Made by a program: the position numbers and the translations under genes. 64,000 bases of DNA from an uncultured bacterium (GTDB taxonomy: Bacteria; Verrucomicrobiota; Verrucomicrobiia; Limisphaerales; UBA8199), in the NCBI GenBank assembly GCA_963749495.1, contig CAVVMW010000014.1, forward strand, positions 416,001 to 480,000. Reading direction: 5' to 3'. How positions within the stretch are numbered: position 1 is the first letter of the stretch; each line of letters starts with the position of its first letter. Under the pieces are notes generated by a model. It was given only the letters and a program-made list of their open reading frames with translations, did not search any database and was not told where the DNA came from. Of the stretch, positions 32,722 through 42,269 are shown piece by piece.

Positions 32722-33351
32722 TCACGGCCTGTGCCTCATCCCGGTTCCGCTAATGACCGCGGTGTTTTTGGCGCTCGAGTTTGCCAGTCCACCAATGGCG
32801 GCCGAGCCAGCACGTGGATTGCGGCCAGGGTTCAACGATAGCCCGGCGGATGGACCGGCAGCCGCTGAAACCATGGTCGGGCGGCGAGGGTTGTCCGTCT
32901 GGTTAATCCGACCGCTCTCCTGGCGAGGGCCTGCCAGCGTGCTCGCAGCCGTTCGCCGGCAGTCCCCATCCTTCGCCAGCGCGCTCTTGGTCTGGGCACT
33001 GCCGACTGGCCGTTGGCCGGGATGGCCGGGACGGTTCGGATCGCGCGCCCCTGGGTTGAGGTTCGGAGGACGCGTGGGGGACCCCGGCTTGGCAACGGCC
33101 TTGCCGCTTCTGTCGGAGTCCCGGCCACCGCCCTGTTTGCCCTCAGGGTGCTTGCCCTCCGTCCGCTCATCCTTGCCTTGCGCCTCGGTCCGGTGCTTCT
33201 GGTCCAAAGTGCGATCACTGCCGGTCTCCAAGCGGGTCGCGGAACTCGCGGGTTTGGATGGCTGATTGGGTGTTTGTGCGGCGAACCCCAGCCCAAGCGC
33301 CAACGAGCCACAGCTTATCATCGCGAAAAGGAAACGGGCGGTCTTCATCAT
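32722..33351 (-). CDS. Hypothetical secreted low-complexity protein inside the RND operon
   Basis: Signal-peptide-like N-terminus; ATG overlaps the permease stop; ends 12 nt before the OMF start. Confidence 0.55.
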   Translation of the reverse strand: MMKTARFLFAMISCGSLALGLGFAAQTPNQPSKPASSATRLETGSDRTLDQKHRTEAQGKDERTEGKHPEGKQGGGRDSDRSGKAVAKPGSPTRPPNLNPGARDPNRPGHPGQRPVGSAQTKSALAKDGDCRRTAASTLAGPRQESGRINQTDNPRRPTMVSAAAGPSAGLSLNPGRNPRAGSAAIGGLANSSAKNTAVISGTGMRHRP

Positions 33352-36300
33352 GATGGGGTTGGGTTGGAGGGCGCCTGCGGCTCGCCGTTGGTGTCACGGT
33401 CCAGGAATATCATTCTCAGCGCCGGCACGGCGACGAGCAGCATAAAGGGCCCGACGAGCATGCCCCCAACGATCACTGTGGCCAGCGGGCGCTGCACCTG
33501 GCTTCCAATGCCGGTGGAAATGGCTGCGGGAAGCAGGCCGATGCACGCTGAAAGCGCCGTCATCAGCAGGGGGCGCATGCGCGTCGTGGCAGCTCGGAAC
33601 ATCGCATCCATGGGCGCCAGGCCGCGCAGCCTCTCGTGGTTGTAATAGGTGATCATCAGGATGCCGTCCATGACCGAGACACCGAAGAGCGAGACGAAGC
33701 CGATGGCGGCGGAGATGCTGAAAGGCTGCCCGGTAAGAAAGAGCGCGAGCACGCCGCCCACTACGGCGAAGGGGATGCCCGCCAGCGCCAGAAGGGAGTC
33801 GCGCAAGTTATTGAACAAGCTGTAGAGCAGCCCGGCAATCAACAGCAGGCTGACCGGCACAATGATCGCCAGGCGTTTCCTGGCCTTTTGAAGGTCTTCG
33901 AACTCGCCGGCCCAAATGAGCCGGTATCCAGACGGGAGTTTTACATTCCTGCCGATCCGTTCTTGCGCTTCCGCAACGGTGCTGCCAAGGTCGCGTCCTC
34001 TAACGCTGAACTTGACCGGGATGAAGCGCTGCACGCTCTCGTGGTAAATCCAGGCCGCTCCGTCATCCACCGTGATCGCCGCCAACTCGCTCAATGGAAT
34101 GTAGGCGTTGCCGCCAGTGCTGGTGGCGCAGGCCACCTTGATGTTGCTGATCTTTTCGACGCTGTCCCGGTATTCAGGTGTGTAACGGACGACCAGGTCG
34201 AACTGCCGATCGCTTTCCAGCACTGTGGTTGCCGCCGCTCCGCCCAGCGCGGCCTGAATCACGGAGTTAACGTCGCCCGAGTTGAGACCGTAACGCGCGG
34301 CTTTCTCCCGATCCACCTTGATATTCAAGTTCGGCTGCCCCAGGACCGGGAAGATCCCCAAATCGGCAACGCCGCGAACCTGGCTCATTTGATCCCGGAC
34401 CTGCGCAGCCAGCGCCGTCATCGTTTCCAGATTGGGGCCGACGATTTTGATCGAATTGACGGCTTTGACGCCTGAGATGGCCTCCTCGATGTTATCTTGT
34501 ATACATTGAGAGAAGTTGAAGGTAACCCCCGGCACCTCGTTCTGAAGCTCGGCGTTAATCTGCTCGGTCAGTTTCTCCTTGGTCATGCCCTTGCTCCATT
34601 GGTCCAGCGGCTTGAGCACCGCGAACAACTCGACGTTGGAGAAGGGTGATGCATCGCTGCCGTTGTCGGGCCGGCCATGCTGAGAGGTCACAGTAACGAC
34701 CTCCGGATATTTCAGGAGAATCAAGCGCATCTTTCTCGCCGCGGCCTCGCCGTCCTCCAACCGCAGCGTAATCGGCATCGAGCAGCGAATCCAAAAATTG
34801 CCCTCTTCCAGGTGCGGGAGAAACTCGCTGCCGAGCCGGGGTATCAGCAATGCGGCGCCAGCGATAAAAACGATTCCAGCGACCGCCACGGCCGCGCGGT
34901 GGGCCAGGGCGAACCGCAGCGCCGGATCGTAAGAGCGGTGCAAGAAGCGGACGAGGATCGTCTCGGCTTCCGTCACGTGTTCGGAAAGCAAGAACGTGGC
35001 GAGCACCGGGCTGACCGTGAAGGTGGAAATCAAGGCCCCCGCCAGGGCATAGCCGTAGGTGCGCGCCATGGGGCCGAAGATCGCGCCCTCGACGCCCTGC
35101 ATGGTGAAGAGCGGCACAAAACCGGCCACGGTAATCAGCGCCGAGAATAGCACCGCCTTATCCACCTGCATCGCGCTGATCAGGATCAGCCGCAACCGAT
35201 CGGTCCAGCCATGAGCCGGGGCGCTATGCGACGACATGCTTGTTGGGTCCGGCCCAAAAAAGCCCTCCGCCAACCGCCGGAGCAGACTCTGCCTGTCTTC
35301 CGGGGATCTCTGGAAATTCCGGAATATGTTCTCGACCAGGATCACTGCCGAATCGACGATGATGCCGAAATCAACGGCGCCGATCGAGAGCAGGTTGGCG
35401 CTCTCGCCCTGCAACACCAGCAGGATCAGGGCAAAGAACAGAGCAAACGGGATGTTGAATCCGACGATGAGCGCGCTACGGAGGTTGCCCAGGAAAATCC
35501 ATTGGATCAGGAACACCAGCAGGCATCCGAAAATCAGATTGTGCAACACGGTGTGCGTGGTGACCTCAATCAATGCGCGACGATCATAGAAGGAAACCAC
35601 CTTGACTCCGGGCGGCAGGCTGCCGTCGTGGTTGAGCCTGTCGATTTCGGCTTCGACCTTTGGAATCATGTCGTGCGCATGCTGCGTCCGGTTCATTACC
35701 ACGATGGCCGCCACGGCGTCGTCCTCCCGGTCGTGGCCCCATACCCCGAGCCTCGGCCTGTAGCCCACATCCACCTTCCCGACATCCTTTACCTGCACGG
35801 GGACGCCGTTCACCTGGGTCAGGACGACGTTTTCGATGTCACCGACCTTGTAGCCCTTCGTCAAATCATCAGCACCGCCGTCATCCATGAGTCCGACGCC
35901 GCGAATATTGATGGATTGCTGGCCAATGCCGATTTCGCGTCCGCCGACGTTGAGGTTGGCGTTGCCCAAGGCGGTCAGAATTTGCGGCACGGTGATCCCG
36001 AAGGTTTCCAGTTTGTGCGGATCGACCTCGACGTGGAATTGCTTGGTTGGGCCGCCCCAACTGTTGATGGCCACGATGCCGGGAATGGTTAGCAGCCGGC
36101 GCGCGATAATCCAATCCTGGACCGTGCGCAGATTGATGATTCCGAAATGTCTGGGACCGACCACCTGGTAACGGTAGATCTCACCCGTCCCGCTGTTCTG
36201 CTGAATGCTCGGCACCAGGTTACCCGGAAGGTTCACATTCTGCCCCAACGCTATGGCCGCTTGACTATAGGCAAAGTTATAGTCCACGCCATACTTGAAG

Positions 36301-36587
36301 ACGACCCGGACAAAGGAAAGCCCATAGAACGAAGTGGAGCGGATGACCTCGATCCCCGGCGTCGTGTAAAGTCCAATTTCAATGGGACGGGTGTAGTAAC
36401 GCTCGATCTCCTCGGCGGAGAGTCCCGGGGCCTGCGCGGTGATTTCGAGAATGACCGGCGCGGGATTTGGATAGGCCTCGATGTTCAGTTGCTGATAGGC
36501 AACATAACCGGCGCCAAGAAACATCAGCACGGCGAACACGATGACGGCGCGCCGGCTCAGACAGAATGAAATGAGCGACTTGAACAT
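33348..36587 (-). CDS. CusA/CzcA-family heavy-metal RND efflux permease
   Basis: 1079 aa; LNIEAYP, GAVDFGIIVDSAVILVEN, MQGVEGAIFGPMA, GSEFLPHLEEG, RMRPLLMTA, GSQVQRPLATV. Confidence 0.95.
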   Translation of the reverse strand: MFKSLISFCLSRRAVIVFAVLMFLGAGYVAYQQLNIEAYPNPAPVILEITAQAPGLSAEEIERYYTRPIEIGLYTTPGIEVIRSTSFYGLSFVRVVFKYGVDYNFAYSQAAIALGQNVNLPGNLVPSIQQNSGTGEIYRYQVVGPRHFGIINLRTVQDWIIARRLLTIPGIVAINSWGGPTKQFHVEVDPHKLETFGITVPQILTALGNANLNVGGREIGIGQQSINIRGVGLMDDGGADDLTKGYKVGDIENVVLTQVNGVPVQVKDVGKVDVGYRPRLGVWGHDREDDAVAAIVVMNRTQHAHDMIPKVEAEIDRLNHDGSLPPGVKVVSFYDRRALIEVTTHTVLHNLIFGCLLVFLIQWIFLGNLRSALIVGFNIPFALFFALILLVLQGESANLLSIGAVDFGIIVDSAVILVENIFRNFQRSPEDRQSLLRRLAEGFFGPDPTSMSSHSAPAHGWTDRLRLILISAMQVDKAVLFSALITVAGFVPLFTMQGVEGAIFGPMARTYGYALAGALISTFTVSPVLATFLLSEHVTEAETILVRFLHRSYDPALRFALAHRAAVAVAGIVFIAGAALLIPRLGSEFLPHLEEGNFWIRCSMPITLRLEDGEAAARKMRLILLKYPEVVTVTSQHGRPDNGSDASPFSNVELFAVLKPLDQWSKGMTKEKLTEQINAELQNEVPGVTFNFSQCIQDNIEEAISGVKAVNSIKIVGPNLETMTALAAQVRDQMSQVRGVADLGIFPVLGQPNLNIKVDREKAARYGLNSGDVNSVIQAALGGAAATTVLESDRQFDLVVRYTPEYRDSVEKISNIKVACATSTGGNAYIPLSELAAITVDDGAAWIYHESVQRFIPVKFSVRGRDLGSTVAEAQERIGRNVKLPSGYRLIWAGEFEDLQKARKRLAIIVPVSLLLIAGLLYSLFNNLRDSLLALAGIPFAVVGGVLALFLTGQPFSISAAIGFVSLFGVSVMDGILMITYYNHERLRGLAPMDAMFRAATTRMRPLLMTALSACIGLLPAAISTGIGSQVQRPLATVIVGGMLVGPFMLLVAVPALRMIFLDRDTNGEPQAPSNPTPS

Positions 36588-36617
36588 AGCAGGATCTTGG
36601 TGGATAGAGGAACGAAC

Positions 36618-37836
36618 CTACTCCGACGGCTGGGCGGTCAGCATGTTGCTCAGGAAAACCGCGCCCTCGGTGACCGCCAGTTCTCCGCGCTGCAAGCCCT
36701 CGAGAACCTCATACCGCGCGTCTCGTTGCAGCCCAAGCCTGAGGGTTCTTTGGGCGAAGTGACGGCGATCCGTGGTTACCCAGGCCGTCATCGTGCCATC
36801 CCCATTCCGAACCGCGCCATTCATCGGTATGGCGAGCGACTCCACCGGGTCCCGAACTCGAATCACGAAATTGGCCAGCATGCCGGGACGCAATTCATGG
36901 TTGGGGTCCGCGATCTCAGACCGGGCCGCGAATCGATGAGTGTTTGGATCGACGGTCGCATAGAGCTTCGAAATCTTGCCTTGGAACACGCGCCCCGGAT
37001 AGGCCATCACCTTGACCTCAACCGCCTGTCCCAGACGATAAAGCGGGCTCTCGCTCTCGCTGACATTGGCCAGCATCCATTTGACCGAGACGTTCAGCGA
37101 CCGAGAAAGGGGCCGGCGCGGTCCCTGGCTGTACCAGCAGGCCCGGCGGCGCGTTGTAGGCTGTTAGCTCGCCCGCCACCGGACTAGGCACGACCAGAGC
37201 GGGGTCAATCTTCCGTGTGGCGACCATCTGATCGATCTCGCCTTCCGTCTTGCCAAAAACGCGGACCGCATCGCGCGCGGCTTTGAGCGCGCCCTCCGCC
37301 GTTTGCTGATCCGAGGTCGCCTGTTCCAGTTCGCGCTGGGAAATGCCGTTGTTGTTGGTGGAGTAAAGTTCCTTAGCTCGAGTCAGTTCCTTGGTCGTCA
37401 GCTCGAGTGTCGCGGCGGCCCCGATCAGCGTGGACTCGGCCTGGATGAGGTCCGGACTGTCAATCGTATAGAGCGGCTGTCCCTTGCGGACTTCGTCGCC
37501 CAGCTCGACGAAGGTCTTGATGAGCTTTCCCTGGTAAGGCGGGAAGACCTGAACCGAGAGAGCGTCAACGAACGTAATGCTCCCGACGGACTCTTTCTCG
37601 ACGGCGAAAAGGTAGGTTCCCACCGGCTCGATTTTGATCGCGTTAAGCTGACTCGGCGTCAGATCCACGCTGGCTTCGGCTTGGGGCGCGCTGGAAGCCG
37701 CAGAGAATCCCTGCGCCGGGGTTGTGTTCGCACGGTGCCCAGAGCCGGCCTTTAAGAGGACCAACGCGAAACCAATGACTGCAACCGCCACGATCACCGC
37801 GGTTGCTCTCCCGCCAAGATGGAATACTTTTTTCAT
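36618..37836 (-). CDS. RND periplasmic adaptor (MFP; frameshift at ~37094)
   Basis: VELGDEVRKGQPLYTIDSPDL, SPVAGE, then in the next frame ANVSESE, VDPNTH, LRPGMLA. Confidence 0.88.
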
Positions 37837-38294
37837 CCTAAAGCAAAACGATTCCGGCCTTGTGTTCCGTGTGCCGCTCGCCCACAAGGCGGCCGAACCA
37901 GAAACCAACCCCGAAACGGCTTGGCCCTCGCTTAAAACGCGATGCGCGATTCACACGGTTGTATTTGCCAGCCTTCACTATAGCGACGGCCACATGCCTG
38001 TCTATTGGTTGGCGATAGAATTCTTGTGTCGGGCGCGGCCTTGGTCCTTTGTGCGAGAGGCCTGACAAAGGTCTCAGTCGGTCAGTCGTCCACAATGGAC
38101 TCTCGGACATTTCCATTGCGCAGCGAGAAGTGTTCGTTCCAATTCGTCCTCATTTCGACAGAGTCAGGTCCCCTCGCACAGTGCACACGTCGTTCGAGCC
38201 GGCCTATGCGCCACGCTCAGCTAGACGGCCACGCGGCAGCTCCGCGCGCAACGCCGGCCGGCATTACCAGCCCAGAGTGTCCGCCCCTATACTA

Positions 38295-38434
38295 GAGCCT
38301 GTCCCAAAAGCTCTGATTCCGAATCTTTGTCGCAGCCTTTGTCGGCACCTTTGTCGAGAAATGGCCAATCCGACAAAGGTCTCGACAAAGGCTGCGACAA
38401 AGGCCCCCGCTCGCGGGGTCCTTGGGACAGGCTC
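38295..38434. mobile_element. 140-bp MITE-like element
   Basis: TIRs GAGCCTGTCCCAA / TTGGGACAGGCTC; flanking direct repeat TATACTA (38288-38294, 38435-38441); internal 3 x CTTTGTCG and inverted 3 x CGACAAAG at 12-bp period. Confidence 0.8.
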
Positions 38435-38815
38435 TATACTATAGCAATGCTAGCCATTGCCCTAGAACACAGCGGGGCATTACCCCACCCTTCGATGCAA
38501 CCGCGCGAGAAGGAGGAAACGACACCACGCCCGCGATCCCAGGTTGGGCAGACGACGCGTGGGCTTGCTCATCCTGAAGTGTGTTGACTTATGCTCTGTG
38601 ATAGGAGTAACCCAAGAGCCATCAACACGGACGAGCAAGCCCTCAGAGCGTGGTTGGAAACGCGGGGAATCACCCTGCCGGAAGGCTGCTCGATGGCGGA
38701 GGCATATCGGCTCACAGCGCCATCAGTGGCAAGCAGAGACCAGGTCACACTGGCGGGCGCACCAAGTTCAACGGCACGAGCGTCGCGGTCCGGCGGGCAG
38801 GAGTCACGGCATAGG

Positions 38816-41029
38816 TCACAAATCGATGGCGACGATTTCGTGGTCGAGGATGGAGGGCACAGTGACGCGCAGGTATTGTCCGGCGCGCTCGGCGTGCGGG
38901 CGCTTGTCGGCGGCAAGCAGCCAGACCCGCCTGGCTCGGGCCCCGTCCGGCAACCGCAGCCTGACTTTCTGTTCGCCAACCGGGATGAGTTCGCGCACCG
39001 GTCCTTTCATCATCATGGGATTGGTCAAGTTGACCAGGTGAACGGTCAGGGAGTCCCTTTGCTGCCACACGGCCACATCGAGCACCCCGGGCCCGGAAAC
39101 GGTGACGCGCGGTTCCTCGTTGGCGGCCCACTCGACGGCATTGCGCAACAGCTTGAAATGGTCCACGCAAAGCACTTCCCAGAAGGTGCGGTCGATGTCC
39201 CAGGGAAAATAGACGATCCGGCTGCGGCCTGACTCGCGCAGATAGACCCCGGGGATGTCGGTTCTCGGCACTCGCGGGTACACCTTCTCCATCGGCAAAT
39301 CGGGATAGGAGGGGATGAGCGTCAGCGACGGGTTGGGAAACGGCGCCGTGGCCTCAACCTCGAGGCGATGCACGCCGTTGATGATGCGCGCCGCATCCTC
39401 CAGACCTGCGAGCAGTGCGTGCCGCTTGCCTGTTCACGGGTCCGCCTCAAGGCGCAAATATGAATTCTGCATCGGCCCTTCATGACGGCCCGTGAACGAG
39501 ATCCCGAAAAGATCGGCCAGGCCAAACTCCTTTCGCTTGACTCCCCACTCATCATAGAGACTGGTCTCGTAAGTGGCGACGACGCTCCCTCCCTGATGGG
39601 CGAAGTCGCGAAGTTGCCGGCATTGCGCATCCGAAAGGGCGGCGATATTCGGCAGGATGAGCGTCTTGAACGGAGCCAAATGGGCGGAGTCCAGCAGACG
39701 GTCATGGACCATCTCAAAGGGAATGCGAGCCTCGATGAGGGCCTCGTACCAACCCAGGGTGTGGTCCTCCGCGCCGGCGCTGCAAAACCAGGCGGTCTGC
39801 TGAGAATAAACCAGCCCCACACGGGCGAGCGGGCGTTCGTTGCGGAGGTATTTTTCCCACCGGGCGCAACGGCGGTATAGCGCTTCCACCGGCTTGAGCC
39901 ATCGCTCGTCGTGCAGCACACCGGAGAACTTCGTGAACCAGGGACGCAGGCCATTGGCGACACCGTCGGCAACCCAGAGGCGAATCTCCGCTTCGCTCTG
40001 TACGCTGTCCTTCCAGCGATAGGGCTCTTCCAGGCCGACGCTGAAGATGCCGACGATGGGCTTGCGGCCCATGGCGGCGCGGAACTCCTTGCCGTTTTTC
40101 CCGTTCGCCCATGGCGGGGCCAGGCCACGGCGCGCCTGGCGATCGGCGATAAGCGTCGGCGCCAGTTCGCCGATGCGCCGCATGTCCAGGGAACTGGTGG
40201 CCCCGCCGCCGGTGTTGGGGATGACGCACGAGTCGGGGTTAATCTTCCGCACCTCGCCGTCCCACAGACGCCACAGGTCAAAAAGCCGTTGCTGACGCCA
40301 GAGGATGTAGGCGCGGCGCGCCGGCTCCTGCGGGTCGCTCGAACGCGGCAGCTCATGCCCGCTCGCGTCCCGGAAATTGCGGCGGCAATGCTCGCAGAAA
40401 CAGATTCCGGAGCCGTCCCACCGGTTGATGAAGATGGCGTCAACCCGGTAGCGGGCCATGATCTCTTTCTTCACCTGGGTCATGAAGTCGAAGTTGTAGG
40501 GGCCCAAGGCGCAGGTGACCCACATCTCCGGCGAAGCCCAGTGGCGGCGGGCTTTGCCTTCCGCATCGATGGCAATCCAGTCCGGATGCGCCTGGCGCGC
40601 TTCATCGTAGGTCGCGTGCGGGTCGGTGCGGGCAATGACCACCATGCCCAGCTTGCGGCAGCCCGTTACCAGTTCGCCAAACACATCGCGGTCCCCCAGC
40701 CATTGGCTGCGATGATGGAATGGAACCTGGGTGGGATAATAGGCCACGCAACCGCCGGCGCTGAGGCAGGCGGCATCGGAGCGCGTGCGCTGGAAATAGT
40801 CGAGCCAGAAGCGCAGGTCGAACTTGCCGGGGTCGTCCTCGACCAGGGTCAGTTGCGCCCAGCGCATCGGTTTGTCCACCCAACTGGGGGCGGGCGGCGC
40901 CACGGCGGGTTTCTCGGCGGCCTGGAGCAGCGGCCACGAGAGTTTGCCGCTGCCGATGGCGACGGCAGCGCCGGCCAGACAGGTTGTCTTTACGAAGCCA
41001 CGGCGGCTTAGAGGAGTGTGATCGTTCAT
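38816..41029 (-). CDS. Tat-exported putative glycoside hydrolase (GHL6-like plus beta-galactosidase trimerisation/GATase-like domain), interrupted by an in-frame TGA at 39434-39436
   Basis: SRRGFVK Tat signal; GGCVAYYPT, HPDW, CFCEHC, RVGLVYS, LILPNIAALSD; the frame continues past the stop (EADP*TGKRHALL) into ORF 38816..39373. Confidence 0.75.
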
Positions 41030-41118
41030 CGGCTATGGTGCCTCAATTCTGCCTTTCATGATGCACTCGTGTATGATAATCCAGGGGTGCTGGACAGACA
41101 TTTTCCGGAGAATATTCG

Positions 41119-42171
41119 ATGACGACTACGAGACGAGCATTCAACCGCCGCCGCTTCCTTGGAATACTGGCGGCCACCACGGCATCATCCGCATCACCCT
41201 GGCCGCTTGCCTACGGCCTGCAGAATCCACGGCGGCGCAAGACTATCCTGTCGTTCTACTGCGACGATACCAGTCCTTATGCGGCTGGAGCCGAGGCGTT
41301 TGGCACTTTCCTCGACTTTTGCGCCGAGCGACAAATTGCCGGGGAATCGAGTTGTATCCTGGGGATGAGCGGCCACAGCATGGCCCGCAACCCGAACGAA
41401 CAGGAGCGGGCGTTTCTTCATCACGTTGAGCGCGCCTGGCAGTGCGGCATCGGCACGCACATGGAATTGATGACCCACCACGGCTTGTTCGATTTCCAGG
41501 AGAACCGTGACCCGGAAGGGGCCGTTCACGAGGGTTTGTGGCTCCACGAACCGGAGGTCACCAAAGAGCAATACGAGCGTTACCTCGCCAACATCCTGGC
41601 CGAGGGTGAACGGGCAGGGATTAAATTCACGGGGCTGACGTGGCCAGGCTGCGGCTGCAAGACGTGCGAGCAGCGGTATGCCGAGCTGCGGGCCGGCGGC
41701 CATGCCCAACCCAACCCAGCCCTCTGGCAAGCCCTGTTGAGTCTGGCGAAGCAAGGGAAGTTCCGCGGCCGAACCGTCCCCTGCTTTTTCAATTCCAGCG
41801 AGACCGAATACGGTCTCCATCGGAAGGCGAGCGATGGGCAGTGGGCCGTGTTCGACTTGATGCCCAACGCCATGGATCACTTCGGGATCTGGGAAAACAA
41901 CCCGGACCGGGTCAACCCGGACTACTACATTACCGCGGACGGCAAATCCGGGGTCGTTGTCCGCCGTGTCGAAGCCCAATCACCGTATTGCCTTTGGTAT
42001 TCCCACTGGCAGGGGCTCAATCCGGCCAAGGGCGTCGGCTGGCGGGCCTTCACCATGGTCGTGGAACGAATCCGCAAACACCTGGGCGACCGAGTGGTCT
42101 GGATGCGCCCCAGCGACATCACCGACCGCTATCAGCAGAGCGGCGGCTGGGACTTCATCCAGAACCTTTAG
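41119..42171 (+). CDS. Tat-exported hypothetical protein, possibly polysaccharide-deacetylase-like fold
   Basis: NRRRFLG Tat motif; SFYCDD, ELMTH, TWPGCGC, YSHWQG, VWMRPSDI. Confidence 0.6.
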   Translation: MTTTRRAFNRRRFLGILAATTASSASPWPLAYGLQNPRRRKTILSFYCDDTSPYAAGAEAFGTFLDFCAERQIAGESSCILGMSGHSMARNPNEQERAFLHHVERAWQCGIGTHMELMTHHGLFDFQENRDPEGAVHEGLWLHEPEVTKEQYERYLANILAEGERAGIKFTGLTWPGCGCKTCEQRYAELRAGGHAQPNPALWQALLSLAKQGKFRGRTVPCFFNSSETEYGLHRKASDGQWAVFDLMPNAMDHFGIWENNPDRVNPDYYITADGKSGVVVRRVEAQSPYCLWYSHWQGLNPAKGVGWRAFTMVVERIRKHLGDRVVWMRPSDITDRYQQSGGWDFIQNL

Positions 42172-42269
42172 CAGGACTCATTGGATCGAGAGGTGTATCA
42201 TTAGCATCAGCCGGCGCAAGCGGGCGTGAACCACCGAGCCACCGTTTCAAAAGGGCGATGTTGCCACTC

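Noticed and set aside
38335..38405. Mini-CRISPR in the CTTTGTCG repeats
   Set aside because: Repeats are 8 bp with 4-nt gaps, mirrored, and lie inside a MITE.
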